In this document: in pieces, positions 9,020-19,387 of the stretch
How the letters are laid out: every line of letters starts with the position of its first letter
How positions within the stretch are numbered: position 1 is the first letter of the stretch
Source: an uncultured Anaerolineales bacterium
GTDB taxonomy: Bacteria > Planctomycetota > Phycisphaerae > FEN-1346
DNA: 64,000 bases
Assembly (NCBI GenBank): GCA_964526295.1
Contig: CAZGKW010000013.1
Span: forward strand, 31,468-95,467
Direction of reading: 5' to 3'
The notes under the pieces: generated by a model
What the model was told of the DNA's origin: nothing
What the model saw: only the letters and a program-made list of their open reading frames with translations
Databases searched by the model: none
Made by a program: the position numbers and the translations under genes

Positions 9020-12000
9020 CCCCCTTCGATTCGGTCGCCACTTTCCGCCGCAGACAGGACGAGCTCAAGGCCGCCCTCGACCCCGACCGCAAGGTTGTGA
9101 CGCTTTGCGGCGGGACCGGCTGCGGCGCCCTCGGATCGGCCGACGTCTACGAAGCCTTTCGCCGGGAGCTGGACGAGCGGGGCCTGACCGAGACGATCGG
9201 CCTCAAGCGGACCGGCTGCCACGGCTTCTGCGAACAGGGGCCGGTCCTCGTCATCCTGCCGGAGAAGGTCTTCTACCCCAACGTCCAGCCCGAGGACGTC
9301 CCCGAGATCGTCGAGAAGACCCTCCTGCAGGGGAAGCTGGTCAAACGCCTGCTCTACGTCGACCCGGCCACCGGCCGCAAGGTCTCCCGGGAGCACGACG
9401 TCCCGTTCTACGCCAAGCAGCAGCGGTCCGTGTTCCGGTTCAACGGCGTGCTCGACCCGGTCGACCTCGAGGACTACATCGCCCGCGACGGATACGCGGC
9501 GGTGGCCAAGGCGCTGGCCGAGATGACGCCGGAGCAGGTCGTCGAAGAGGTCCTGGCGTCGGGCCTCCGCGGCCGCGGCGGGGCGGGCTTTCCTACCGGC
9601 CGCAAGTGGCAGTTCGCTCGGGCCGCCCGAGGGGGGCCCAAGTACCTCATCTGCAACGCCGACGAGGGCGACCCCGGGGCCTTCATGGACCGGAGCCTCC
9701 TCGAAGGGGCGCCCCACGCCGTCCTGGAGGGCATGGTCCTCGCGGCCTACGCCATCGGGGCGTCCCACGGCATCATCTACGTCCGGGCTGAGTATCCCCT
9801 GGCGGTCCAGCACACCCAGACCGCCCTGCGGCAGGCCCGCGAGGCCGGATTGCTCGGCCCTGATCTCCTCGGCACCGGCTTCGCCTTCGACGTCGAGATC
9901 CACCAGGGGGCCGGGGCGTTCGTCTGCGGCGAGGAGACCGCCCTGATCGCCTCCCTCGAAAGCGAGCGGGGCATGCCCCGGCCACGGCCGCCCTTCCCCG
10001 CCACGAGCGGCTACCGCGAATGCCCCACCATCATCAACAACGTCGAGACCCTCTCCAACGTGCCCCTGATCGTCCTGAACGGCGGCGAGTCGTATGCGAC
10101 CGTCGGCACGGACAAGTCGAAGGGCACGAAGATCTTCGCCCTGGCCGGCAAGGTCACCAGCACCGGCCTCGTCGAAGTGCCGATGGGGACGACGCTTCGC
10201 GAGATCATCTTCGACATCGGCGGCGGGGTGCCGCGTGGGCGCAAGTTCAAGGCCGCCCAGATGGGCGGACCCTCCGGCGGGTGCGTCCCGGCCCAGTACC
10301 TGGACATGCCCATCGACTACGACTCCGTCCAGGAGGTCGGGGCCATCATGGGCTCGGGCGGCCTCATCGTCATGGACGAGGCCACCTGCATGGTCGACAT
10401 CGCACGCTTCTTCACCGACTTCTGTGCCAAGGAATCGTGCGGCAAGTGCGCCCCGTGCCGCATCGGCACCAAGCGGATGCTCGAGGTGCTGGAGAAGATC
10501 TGCCGCGGCGAGGGCGAGATGGAGGACCTCGACCGCCTCGAAGACCTCGGCCGGACGATCCGCGACGCCTCCCTCTGCGGCCTGGGGCAGACCGCCGCCA
10601 ACCCGGTCCTCTCGACGCTGCGGCACTTCCGCGACGAATACGTGGCCCATATCAAGGAGAATCGCTGCCCGTCGCACGCGTGCGAGGCGCTCTCGCCCAT
10701 CACGTGCCGGAGCGCGTGCCCGGCCCACGTGAACATCCCGGAGTACGTCGCGCTGATCGCCGAGGGCCGCTTCGCCGACGCCCTCGACGTCATCCGGCGG
10801 CGGAACCCCTTGGCCTCGGTCTGCGGCCGGGCCTGTCACCACCCGTGCGAGCTGTTCTGCCGCCGCGGCGACGTCGACGAGCCGGTGGCCATCCGCCACC
10901 TGAAGCGGTTCGCCAGCGACCGGGTGAAGCAGGTCGGCGAGCCGCCCCAGTGGCAGGGCCCGAGGCGTGGCCGCGTGGCCGTCGTCGGCTCCGGCCCGGC
11001 CGGCCTGACGGCGGCCTACTTCCTCGCCCTCATGGGTCGCGAGGTCAAGGTCTTCGAGTCCCTCGACACGGTCGGCGGGATGTTGGCTGTGGGTGTGCCG
11101 CAGTACCGCCTGCCTCGCGAGGCGCTGGAGCGCGACGTCGAGTATATCCGCCGGGCCGGCGTCGAGATCGTCACGGGCCACCGCGTGGAATCGATCAAGG
11201 GCCTCCGCGAGGAGGGCTTCGACGCCATCTTTGTGGCCGCCGGGGCCCACGAGAGCTACGCGCTGGACATTCCGGGCGAGGAGCTCGAGGGCGTTCACGA
11301 TGCCATCGCGTTCCTCCGGCGGGCCGCACTCGGCGAACTGGACGCGATGTCCGGCCGCGTCGTCGTCATCGGCGGGGGAAATGCGGCCATCGACGCCGCC
11401 CGGACCGCCCTCAGGCTCGGCGCCGAGTCCGTGACGATTCTCTACCGACGCACCCGCGACGAGATGCCCGCCATCCGCGACGAGATCGACGACGCCGTCA
11501 TGGAAGGCGTCGACATCCACTTGCTGGTCTCGCCGCTGGCGATCGAGGGGGACGGCCGCGTCCGGGCGATCCGCTGTGCCGAGATGGAGCTGGGCGAGGC
11601 CGACGCCAGCGGCCGACGCCGACCCATCCCGAAGCCCGGCTGCGAGCGGGTCTTCGAGACCGACCACGTGATCGTGGCCGTCGGCCAGGCGCCGGAGCTC
11701 GACTTCGCCGCCATCGACGGCGGCCTGGTCGTCAAGCGTGGCAAGGCCGTGGCCGACCCCGTGACGCAGGAGTCGGCCGAGGGCGTCTTCGTGGGCGGCG
11801 ACGCCGTCACCGGCCCGGCGACGATCATCGAAGCCATTGCCGCCGGCCAGCGGGCGGCCATGGCGATCGACCGGCTCCTCGGGGGCAAGGGCGAGCTGCC
11901 GCCGGACCACGGCTGGGCCGCGCCGGGCAAACCCGAGCCGGATGAATCCGAGGAGGCGTCCCGGCGTCGACCCATCCGCCAGCGCTCGGCGCGCAAGCGC

Positions 12001-12093
12001 CGGGGCAACTTCGAGGAAGTCGTCAAGGGCTACTCGCTCCAGGCCGCCTGCTCCGAAGCGCGCCGGTGCCTGCGGTGTGACCTGGAGCAATGA
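9016..12093 (+). CDS. NuoF-like FMN/NAD(H)-binding [4Fe-4S] subunit fused to ferredoxin and GltD/NfnB-like FAD/NAD(P)H oxidoreductase domains
   Basis: The NuoF core motifs are present (GGAGFPTGRKW; CGKCAPCR). Downstream are 2x[4Fe-4S] ferredoxin cysteines and then the GltD-like VAVVGSGPAGLTAAYFLA dinucleotide fold. The ATG at 9016 overlaps the NuoE stop. Confidence 0.75.
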   Translation: MTPFDSVATFRRRQDELKAALDPDRKVVTLCGGTGCGALGSADVYEAFRRELDERGLTETIGLKRTGCHGFCEQGPVLVILPEKVFYPNVQPEDVPEIVEKTLLQGKLVKRLLYVDPATGRKVSREHDVPFYAKQQRSVFRFNGVLDPVDLEDYIARDGYAAVAKALAEMTPEQVVEEVLASGLRGRGGAGFPTGRKWQFARAARGGPKYLICNADEGDPGAFMDRSLLEGAPHAVLEGMVLAAYAIGASHGIIYVRAEYPLAVQHTQTALRQAREAGLLGPDLLGTGFAFDVEIHQGAGAFVCGEETALIASLESERGMPRPRPPFPATSGYRECPTIINNVETLSNVPLIVLNGGESYATVGTDKSKGTKIFALAGKVTSTGLVEVPMGTTLREIIFDIGGGVPRGRKFKAAQMGGPSGGCVPAQYLDMPIDYDSVQEVGAIMGSGGLIVMDEATCMVDIARFFTDFCAKESCGKCAPCRIGTKRMLEVLEKICRGEGEMEDLDRLEDLGRTIRDASLCGLGQTAANPVLSTLRHFRDEYVAHIKENRCPSHACEALSPITCRSACPAHVNIPEYVALIAEGRFADALDVIRRRNPLASVCGRACHHPCELFCRRGDVDEPVAIRHLKRFASDRVKQVGEPPQWQGPRRGRVAVVGSGPAGLTAAYFLALMGREVKVFESLDTVGGMLAVGVPQYRLPREALERDVEYIRRAGVEIVTGHRVESIKGLREEGFDAIFVAAGAHESYALDIPGEELEGVHDAIAFLRRAALGELDAMSGRVVVIGGGNAAIDAARTALRLGAESVTILYRRTRDEMPAIRDEIDDAVMEGVDIHLLVSPLAIEGDGRVRAIRCAEMELGEADASGRRRPIPKPGCERVFETDHVIVAVGQAPELDFAAIDGGLVVKRGKAVADPVTQESAEGVFVGGDAVTGPATIIEAIAAGQRAAMAIDRLLGGKGELPPDHGWAAPGKPEPDESEEASRRRPIRQRSARKRRGNFEEVVKGYSLQAACSEARRCLRCDLEQ

Positions 12094-12140
12094 GCTTGTC
12101 TACCGGCCGCCCCCACGCGGCCCGAGCAGAGGACCACCGG

Positions 12141-14942
12141 ATGGCCGACGACATCAAGCTGACCATCGACGGCCGCGAGGTCACCGCCCCGGCGGGCACG
12201 ACCGTCTTCCTGGCGGCCCGCCAGGCGGGCATCGACATCCCCCACCTGTGCTACGACCCGCGCCTGGGCCTGGAGCCGACCAGCTCGTGCCGCCTCTGCA
12301 TCGTCGAGGCCGAAGGGGCCCGGGCCCCCGTCCCGTCGTGCTCCTACCCGGCGGCCGACGGCATGGTGGTGCGAACCGACACGCCCGAGCTGAGGAAGAC
12401 GCGGCGGACGGTCGTCGAGCTGCTCCTCTCGGACCACCCCCAGGACTGCCTGACGTGCGAGCTGAACGGCCGGTGCGACCTCCAGAAGTACGCCTACGAG
12501 CTGGGCGTCCGCGAGTCGCGATTCCAGGGCGAGCCGGTCTATCCGAAGCCGGTCCGGGACGGGCCGGCCATCGTCTACGACGCCTCCAAGTGCATCCTGT
12601 GTGCGAGATGCGTTCAGATCTGCCAGGAGGTCCAGGTCAGCGGGGCGATCGACCTCCTGGGCCGAGGCTTCGACACGACGGTCTCCCTGCCGCCCGACCT
12701 GCCGCGGGAGGAGTCGGTCTGCGCCGAGTGCGGCAACTGCATCGACGTCTGCCCGACGGGGGCGCTCTACTACGCCGGCCGCGAGGGCCAGGGACGCTCG
12801 TGGGAGTTCGACCAGGTCCCCACGATCTGCCCCTACTGCGGGTGCGGATGCACGCTCGTCCTGAACGTTCACGACAACCGCGTCGTCTCGGTGACGGGCG
12901 AGCCGGGCCTGGGCGTCTCGAAGGGCCTGCTGTGCGTCAAGGGCCGGTTCGGGGCCGACTTCATCGGCCACGAGGAACGGCTCACGCAGCCGCTCATCCG
13001 GAAGGACGGCGAGCTGGTGCCCGCGACGTGGGACGAAGCGCTCGACCTGGTGGCCCGGAGGTTCAAGGAGGTCCGCGACCGCCACGGCCCGGATGCCCTG
13101 GCCGGCCTGTCCTCGGCCAAGACCACCAACGAAGAGAATTACCTGATGCAGAAGTTCATGCGGGCGGTCGTCGGCACGAACAACGTCGACCACTGCGCCC
13201 GCCTGTGCCACGCCTCGACCGTCGCCGGCCTGGCGCGGGCGTTCGGCTCGGGCGCCATGACCAACTCCATCCGAGACGTCGAGGTCACCGACGCCGTTTT
13301 CGTCATCGGCTCGAACACCACCGAATGCCACCCCATTATCGGGGCCGCCATCAAGCGGGCGGTCCTCCAACGCGGCGTGCCGCTTATCGTCGCCGACCCC
13401 CGGGCCATCGAGCTTACGGAGTTCGCCGCGGTCCACATGCAGCAGAAGGGCGGCACGGACGTGGCCCTCATCAACGGGATGATGCACGTCATCCTGGCCG
13501 AGGGCCTGGAGGACGCCGAGTTCATCGCCGAGCGGACCGAGGGCTTCGAGGAACTGCGCAAGGCCGTCGAGCCGTACACGCCCGAGCTGGCGGCGAAGAT
13601 CACGGGTGTGTCGGCCGAGAAGATCCGCCAGGCCGCCCGCCTGTATGCCCGCGTCGGCGCCGCCTCGATCGTCTACTCCATGGGCATCACCCAGCACACG
13701 ACCGGCACGGACAACGTCCTGTCGCTGGCGAACCTGGCCATGCTGACCGGCAACGTGGGCAAGGCCGGGGCGGGCGTCAATCCGCTCCGGGGCCAGAACA
13801 ACGTCCAGGGCGCCTGCGACCTCGGGGCCCTGCCGAACGTCTACCCCGGCTACCAGAAGGTCGACGACGAGGCCGCCCGGAAGAAGTTCGAGAAGGCATG
13901 GGACGCCGCGCTCAGCCCCACGCCGGGCCTCACCGTAGTTGAGATCATGGGCGCCGCCGCCGCGGGCAAGGTCAAGGCCCTCTACGTCATGGGCGAGAAC
14001 CCCATGCTCTCGGACCCCGACGTCAACCACGTCGAGGAGGCCCTGAAGGACCTCGACTTCCTCGTCGTTCAGGACATCTTCCTCTCGGAGACCGCCGAGC
14101 TGGCCGACGTCGTCCTGCCGGCGGCCCTGTTCGCCGAGAAGGAAGGCACGTTCACCAACACCGACCGCCACGTCCAGCGGTTCCGCAAGGCCGTCGACGC
14201 GCCCGGCGAGGCCCGGCCCGACTGGGAGATCCTCTCGGACCTCGCCCGCCGCATGGGCCACGAGATGAGCTACTCGGGCCCCTCGGCCATCCAGGACGAG
14301 ATCGCCTCGCTGACGCCCATCTACGGCGGCATCACCTACGACCGTCTCGAGACGGGCGGCATTCAGTGGCCCTGCCCCGACCGCGACCACCCCGGCACGC
14401 CGTTCCTCCACCAGGGCAAGTTCACCCGCGGGCTGGGCAAGTTCCACCCGGTCGAGTTCGTCCCGCCGAAGGAGCTGCCCGACGATGAGTACCCGTTCGT
14501 GCTCTCGACGGGCCGCATCCTCCAACACTTCCACACCGGGACAATGTCGAGGCGCTCGGAGGTGCTCGACCGGCTCGTCTCGGTCGGGGCGATCGAGGTC
14601 CATCCCGACGACGCCGAGCGGCTCAGCATCGAAGACTCCCAGCCCGTCCGCGTGGCCTCGAGGCGAGGCGAGATCGAGATTTCCGCCCGCGTGACGCCGC
14701 GCGTCGCCCCGGGCACGTGCTTCCTGGCGTTTCACTACCGCGAGGCCCCGGCCAACCGCCTGACCATCGCAGCCCTCGACCCCGTGGCGAAAATCCCCGA
14801 GCTGAAGGTCTGTGCGGTCAAGATCGAGCCGGCCCCGACCCGCGACCGGGAGGTCGCAGGGGCCCCCGGCCACCGGGAGTCCTCCGCCCCCGAACGGGCG
14901 AGCGGTGCGGCCGCGGACCATCAATCGCCGGCCGACTCGTGA
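12141..14942 (+). CDS. fdhA: Formate dehydrogenase catalytic subunit of the NAD(P)-linked FdsA/FdhF family. It is a Mo/W-bisPGD enzyme with a Cys (not Sec) ligand.
   Basis: It has an N-terminal 2Fe-2S domain, NuoG-like FeS domains and the CPYCGCGC Mo-oxidoreductase 4Fe-4S motif. Active-site RLCHAS aligns with RVUHGPS of FdhF, with Cys in place of Sec. There is no in-frame TGA. Confidence 0.85.
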   Translation: MADDIKLTIDGREVTAPAGTTVFLAARQAGIDIPHLCYDPRLGLEPTSSCRLCIVEAEGARAPVPSCSYPAADGMVVRTDTPELRKTRRTVVELLLSDHPQDCLTCELNGRCDLQKYAYELGVRESRFQGEPVYPKPVRDGPAIVYDASKCILCARCVQICQEVQVSGAIDLLGRGFDTTVSLPPDLPREESVCAECGNCIDVCPTGALYYAGREGQGRSWEFDQVPTICPYCGCGCTLVLNVHDNRVVSVTGEPGLGVSKGLLCVKGRFGADFIGHEERLTQPLIRKDGELVPATWDEALDLVARRFKEVRDRHGPDALAGLSSAKTTNEENYLMQKFMRAVVGTNNVDHCARLCHASTVAGLARAFGSGAMTNSIRDVEVTDAVFVIGSNTTECHPIIGAAIKRAVLQRGVPLIVADPRAIELTEFAAVHMQQKGGTDVALINGMMHVILAEGLEDAEFIAERTEGFEELRKAVEPYTPELAAKITGVSAEKIRQAARLYARVGAASIVYSMGITQHTTGTDNVLSLANLAMLTGNVGKAGAGVNPLRGQNNVQGACDLGALPNVYPGYQKVDDEAARKKFEKAWDAALSPTPGLTVVEIMGAAAAGKVKALYVMGENPMLSDPDVNHVEEALKDLDFLVVQDIFLSETAELADVVLPAALFAEKEGTFTNTDRHVQRFRKAVDAPGEARPDWEILSDLARRMGHEMSYSGPSAIQDEIASLTPIYGGITYDRLETGGIQWPCPDRDHPGTPFLHQGKFTRGLGKFHPVEFVPPKELPDDEYPFVLSTGRILQHFHTGTMSRRSEVLDRLVSVGAIEVHPDDAERLSIEDSQPVRVASRRGEIEISARVTPRVAPGTCFLAFHYREAPANRLTIAALDPVAKIPELKVCAVKIEPAPTRDREVAGAPGHRESSAPERASGAAADHQSPADS

Positions 14943-15766
14943 GCGACACGGAACATCCCGGCGCCGTCCGCCCCGTCCCTGTGTGGCGCGTCGGCCCGCC
15001 GGGCGCCGATGCCTCCGACTGCTCCGCCGGCGCGACCGACGACGTCATCGTCGAGCGGGTCGTGGCCCTCTCCCTGAACGGCCGGACGATCGTCCGGATG
15101 AGCTGCCTGCCGGAAGCGCTCGAGGACCTCGCCGTCGGGTTCCTCGCCTCGGAGGGGCTCATCGACGGCATCGACGCGATCCACGAGCTGAACGTCGCCG
15201 ACGGCGCGACCCGCGTCGAGGTGCGGGCCGGCGTCGATCCGGACCGGCTGGTGCGATTCCTGGAGCGTCTGGCGGCAAGCTCCGGCTGCGGCGGAGGGGC
15301 GTCGAGCGAGCCGGCCGCCCTGCCCCGCGTCGCCGGCGACGCGCGGTTCCGCCCCGAAGACGTATCCGCCCGGATGAGCGACCTGGTCCGGGCGTCGGCG
15401 CTCTTTCGCACGACCGGCGGCGTCCACGCGGCCGCGATCGCCGACGCCGAGGAACTGGCCGCCGTTGCCGAGGACATCGGCCGACACAACGCCGCCGACA
15501 AGACCATCGGCCGCTGCCTGCGGGAGGGCATCGACTTGGGCGGGACGATGCTGCTCTCGACCGGCCGCCTGAGCGCCGACATCCTGGCCAAGGCCGCCCG
15601 GGCCGGCGTGCCCGTCGTCGTCAGCCGGGGCGCCGTCATGTCGCGAGCCGTCGAGCTGGCCGAGGCGGCCGGCGTCGCGGCGGTCGGCTTCGCCCGCGCC
15701 GGGCGGATGAACGTCTACTCGGCCGCGTGGCGGCTGGGCCTCGCCGACGCGCCGAGCGGAGGCTGA
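14939..15766 (+). CDS. fdhD: Formate dehydrogenase accessory sulfurtransferase FdhD
   Basis: The conserved IGRHNAADK motif is present. It is about 275 aa. The GTG start overlaps the fdhA stop (GTGA). Confidence 0.8.
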   Translation: MSDTEHPGAVRPVPVWRVGPPGADASDCSAGATDDVIVERVVALSLNGRTIVRMSCLPEALEDLAVGFLASEGLIDGIDAIHELNVADGATRVEVRAGVDPDRLVRFLERLAASSGCGGGASSEPAALPRVAGDARFRPEDVSARMSDLVRASALFRTTGGVHAAAIADAEELAAVAEDIGRHNAADKTIGRCLREGIDLGGTMLLSTGRLSADILAKAARAGVPVVVSRGAVMSRAVELAEAAGVAAVGFARAGRMNVYSAAWRLGLADAPSGG

Positions 15767-15771
15767 CCCCG

Positions 15772-16968
15772 ATGATCACGCCCGAGGAAGCCCTCCGGAC
15801 CATCCTGGAGCACACCCCGCGGCTCGAGGCGGTCGAGGTGCCGCTCCTGGACGCCGTGGGAGCATGCCTCGCCGAGCCGGTCGCGAGCGACCTGGACCTG
15901 CCGCCGTTCGACAAGAGCGCGATGGACGGCTTCGCGGCCCGCGCTGACGACCTGGCGGAGACCCCCGTCGAGCTCGAGATCGTCGAGGAGGTCCCCGCCG
16001 GCGTCGCCCCGAGGCGGGCGGTCGCACAAGGCACCTGTGCGAAGATCATGACCGGCGCGCCCGTGCCGGAGGGCGCCGACGTCGTCGTCCGCGTCGAGGA
16101 CACCGAGCCCGCCGGGGTCGACCGCGTCCGCATCCTCCGGGCCGACCCCAAGCGCCGGAACATCTGCTCCCGCGGCGAGGACGTCCGCCGGGGCGAGGCG
16201 GTCCTGGAGACCGGGACGGTCGTCGAGCCGGCCGAGGTCGGCGTGCTCGCGAGTGTCGGCCGGGACCGCGTCTGCATCGTCCGGCGGCCGCGCGTCGCCG
16301 TCCTGGCGACCGGCGACGAGCTGGTCGGCATCACGGAGGTGCCCGGGCCGGGCGAGATTCGCGACTCGAACTCCTGGGGCCTGCTGGCCTGCTGCCGCCG
16401 GGCGGGCGTCCCGGCCGAGTGCCTGGGCGTCGCCCGCGACGACGAGGCGGACCTGGCCGAGAAGATCGGCCGGGGCCTCCAGCGCGACGTGCTCCTCGTC
16501 TCGGGCGGCGTCAGCATGGGCGAATGGGACCTCGTGCCGAAGGTCTTCGACTCGCTCGGCGTGACGACGCGGTTCCATGCGATCCGCCAGAAGCCCGGCA
16601 AGCCGACGGTGTTTTCGACCCGCCGGGAGCGGCTCGTCTTCGGCCTGCCGGGGAACCCCGTCTCGACGCTCGTGGGCTTTCGCCTTTACGTCTGGCCGGC
16701 GCTTCGGAAGATGATGGGGCACCCGGAGCCGGCCCCGCCGCCGCTCGTGGCAGCGCTGGCGGCCGAGTCGTCGATCCGTGGCGACCGGACGGCCTTCGCC
16801 CCGGCGGCGCTTCGGTGGGAAGCAGGCGGCTACGTCGCCGAGGTGGTCCCGACGCACGGGTCGGCCGACCTGGTGGCCTTCAGCCGGGCCGACGCCCTGG
16901 CCGTCCTCGAGCCCGGCCGCCACGGGCCCGGCGCCCGCGTGACGGTCCATCCCCTCGACCTGTCCTGA
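15772..16968 (+). CDS. moeA: Molybdopterin molybdotransferase MoeA
   Basis: It is 398 aa with MoeA-type domain order. The GGVSMG motif is present. Confidence 0.85.
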   Translation: MITPEEALRTILEHTPRLEAVEVPLLDAVGACLAEPVASDLDLPPFDKSAMDGFAARADDLAETPVELEIVEEVPAGVAPRRAVAQGTCAKIMTGAPVPEGADVVVRVEDTEPAGVDRVRILRADPKRRNICSRGEDVRRGEAVLETGTVVEPAEVGVLASVGRDRVCIVRRPRVAVLATGDELVGITEVPGPGEIRDSNSWGLLACCRRAGVPAECLGVARDDEADLAEKIGRGLQRDVLLVSGGVSMGEWDLVPKVFDSLGVTTRFHAIRQKPGKPTVFSTRRERLVFGLPGNPVSTLVGFRLYVWPALRKMMGHPEPAPPPLVAALAAESSIRGDRTAFAPAALRWEAGGYVAEVVPTHGSADLVAFSRADALAVLEPGRHGPGARVTVHPLDLS

Positions 16969-17378
16969 CATCGCACCCCGGCCGTGAGCGGTCGCTTCCG
17001 CGACGCAGAGCGCGGCTCGTGGGATTTGACTATCGCCCAACATGGGGCATATTTCGCCGTCGCAGCGTCGCTGGCGGGGGCTCGTGAAGCCGGACTTCGC
17101 AAGGGCGTGCTGCGCCCGCACGACGGCCCGAGGACCTTCCCCCGGTGCGACACTCCGCGTCCGTTTACGCGCCGGTGGCGGCGAGAAGGCGAACGTCAGG
17201 CTGACAGTCCATTGCGGCTCCGGCCCCGACGACGTGTACGACTTCCTGGTGGACGATTGGTTCGACGACGCGCCCGACGACGGGGCGGGCAGGACGCTCT
17301 CGGCGATGCCGCCGGGGGTGACGCTGTATCAGCTCGCCGACGGCCAGGACCAACGTACGGCGCCCCGCGGGCCCGCGT

Positions 17379-18803
17379 CTATTCCGACGGCAGCAGGTCG
17401 ATGGGCTCGCCCGCCTCGAACGCCCGCATGACCTTCTCGGCGGCGTCGCGCGTGGAGATGACGGGGTAGCGCGGCGGGTCCGTGACGCCCCGCTTCGCCA
17501 GGAGCCGGGCCACCAGGAGCCTCACCTGCTGGGCCCCGTTGGTCGCATCGCCGAGGATTCGCATCGACTCCTGGGCCGAGTGGAAGCCCATCCCGTTGTT
17601 CGAGCCGATGAAGTCCCAGCGGAACTGGGCGTGACGGAGCATCCGGCGGGCCTCGGCCAGCTCCTCGTCTCCGACGCCCGCCTGCATCGCCGCCGCCACG
17701 TCGAAGTGGGCCTTCACCAGGGCGTCCTCGGTCTGGAGCGTGGCGTTCTCGACCTTGTCCTGGATGCCATAGACGCGGGTGCGGACCTCCTCCTCGCTCC
17801 ACCGGTGGCACACCGCGCAGCTCTTGGCGATGTTCAGCAAGGGGCTGCGGACGTGGTGGTCGGTGAACTTGACGCCGCCCTCGGTCCGGTAGGGCATGTG
17901 GCAGTCGGCACAGGACACGTCGCGATAGCTGTGGATGCCCGTCGACCACAGCTCGTAGTCCGGGTGCTGGGCCTTGACGATCGGCGTCTTCGAGATGGCG
18001 TGGGTGAAGTCCGAGAAGTCGTACGAATCATAGTAGTCGATGATCTCGTCGATCCGGAGCCCGTTCTTCCAGGGGAACGTCAGGTAGGTCTTGTCCTTGA
18101 AGTAGTACTCGACGTGGCACTGAGCGCAGACGAGCGACCGCATCTCCTGATGGTCGGCCTGGTCGACGTCCCGACCCATGGCCTCGAAGGCCTCCCGAAG
18201 CGCCGGCCGCGTGATCCGCAGGTTCATCGTCTTGGGGTCGTGGCAGTCCTGGCAGCCGATCGAGTGGGTGATCTCGTCCGCCAGGTCCATGAACGGCGTC
18301 TCGTAGAACGCCGCCACGCCGAGCCGGTCCATCATCCGCGGCACGTCGGTGCTTTTGCAGGTCCAGCAGGTGGCGGGCGTCGCCGGGCCCACGCGCTTCG
18401 TGGCCGTCACGTCGCGGATCGAGTACCCGTGGCCCCGGGCCTGCTGGTAGTCTTTGCTGAAGCTGTAGCCGGTCCAGAGGATGACCAGCCGGGGGTCTTC
18501 GTCGAGGTAGTCCCTGGGGAACGCGCCCCCGTAGCGGGTCCGGGTGTCGGTGATGCGCGTCTCGAGGAAGGTCTCGTATTCGCGGGGATAGTTCTCGCCC
18601 CAGACGGCGTTATCGGGCTCCCACCGGTCGATGGGCTTCAGGACGAGGGCCGGCCGCTGGGCCTCCCAGCGTCGCTCCATGATCGAGACGGCCAGCATCC
18701 CGAGCAGCGCAACGACCCCCGCCGCCAGGATGAAGACCACCGGCCCGACCCAGCGGGGGGCTCGGCTGCTGTGGGACGGCTGTTCAGACGGCTCAGGGCC
18801 CAT
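17379..18803 (-). CDS. nrfA: Pentahaem cytochrome c nitrite reductase (ammonia-forming) NrfA
   Basis: It has the CWTCK (CxxCK haem 1) motif plus four CxxCH motifs. An N-terminal TM anchor is present. Confidence 0.9.
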   Translation of the reverse strand: MGPEPSEQPSHSSRAPRWVGPVVFILAAGVVALLGMLAVSIMERRWEAQRPALVLKPIDRWEPDNAVWGENYPREYETFLETRITDTRTRYGGAFPRDYLDEDPRLVILWTGYSFSKDYQQARGHGYSIRDVTATKRVGPATPATCWTCKSTDVPRMMDRLGVAAFYETPFMDLADEITHSIGCQDCHDPKTMNLRITRPALREAFEAMGRDVDQADHQEMRSLVCAQCHVEYYFKDKTYLTFPWKNGLRIDEIIDYYDSYDFSDFTHAISKTPIVKAQHPDYELWSTGIHSYRDVSCADCHMPYRTEGGVKFTDHHVRSPLLNIAKSCAVCHRWSEEEVRTRVYGIQDKVENATLQTEDALVKAHFDVAAAMQAGVGDEELAEARRMLRHAQFRWDFIGSNNGMGFHSAQESMRILGDATNGAQQVRLLVARLLAKRGVTDPPRYPVISTRDAAEKVMRAFEAGEPIDLLPSE

Positions 18804-19383
18804 CGGGCGCTCCTTCCTTCAGCCAGTCCAGCCCGGCCGACGGAAGCTCCGGCCGACGGACGTGGGGCGATGAGGACAGGCTCCGGGCCCGCCCGTGGAC
18901 CTCCTGGTGGCAGTCCCAGCAGGTCCGCTCCTCGGCTTCCGCCAGCCGGACCATGGTGAGCTGGTCCAGGTGGCACCGGACGCAGTTCGCCTGGACCACC
19001 GGCACGGCCTCCTCCGAGAGGCGCAGGACCTGGGGCTCGAGGCGGAACGTGAACACATAGGAATGCTTCATCCCATCGTACGCCTTGAACGCCCACGCCG
19101 CCACGGGGTTCGCGTGCGGCACGTGACAGTCGTTGCACACGGCGTCGCGGGCGTGGCTGCCCCGCTGCCACGTCGCGTACGAGTTCATCATGACGTGACA
19201 GTTGATGCAGGTCTCGGGGGCGTCGGAGAGGTAAGAGGTGGCGTTGGCGATCCGGGCGACCACGACGGCCGCACCCGCTGCCGCTCCCAGCAGGGCGAAG
19301 ATACCCAGCCGCGCGCCGCGGCCCAGGGGAGCCAGCGTCAGCCGGTCCCCGGATCGCCGCCCGGCTGTCGTCGAGCCTGCCAT
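18793..19383 (-). CDS. nrfH: Tetrahaem NapC/NirT-family quinol dehydrogenase NrfH
   Basis: It has four CxxCH motifs (CINCH, CNDCH, CVRCH, CWDCH) and an N-terminal TM helix. It lies directly upstream of nrfA. Confidence 0.85.
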   Translation of the reverse strand: MAGSTTAGRRSGDRLTLAPLGRGARLGIFALLGAAAGAAVVVARIANATSYLSDAPETCINCHVMMNSYATWQRGSHARDAVCNDCHVPHANPVAAWAFKAYDGMKHSYVFTFRLEPQVLRLSEEAVPVVQANCVRCHLDQLTMVRLAEAEERTCWDCHQEVHGRARSLSSSPHVRRPELPSAGLDWLKEGAPDGP

Positions 19384-19387
19384 GAGC

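Noticed and set aside
12141-14942. Possible selenocysteine (in-frame TGA + SECIS) in FdhA
   Set aside because: The active-site position is a Cys codon (RLCHAS) and the ORF is uninterrupted. There is no evidence for Sec recoding.
16969-17378. Intrinsic terminators in the convergent gap
   Set aside because: Only short GC stems without U-tracts were seen. High-GC genomes often lack canonical terminators, so none were called.
17042-17431. 129-aa ORF in the convergent moeA/nrfA gap (…VYDFLVDDWFDDAPDDGAG…)
   Set aside because: The N-terminal third is Arg/Ala-rich and the 3' end overlaps the nrfA terminus. No motif or RBS supports it. It is flagged only as a possible small protein worth a proteomics check.
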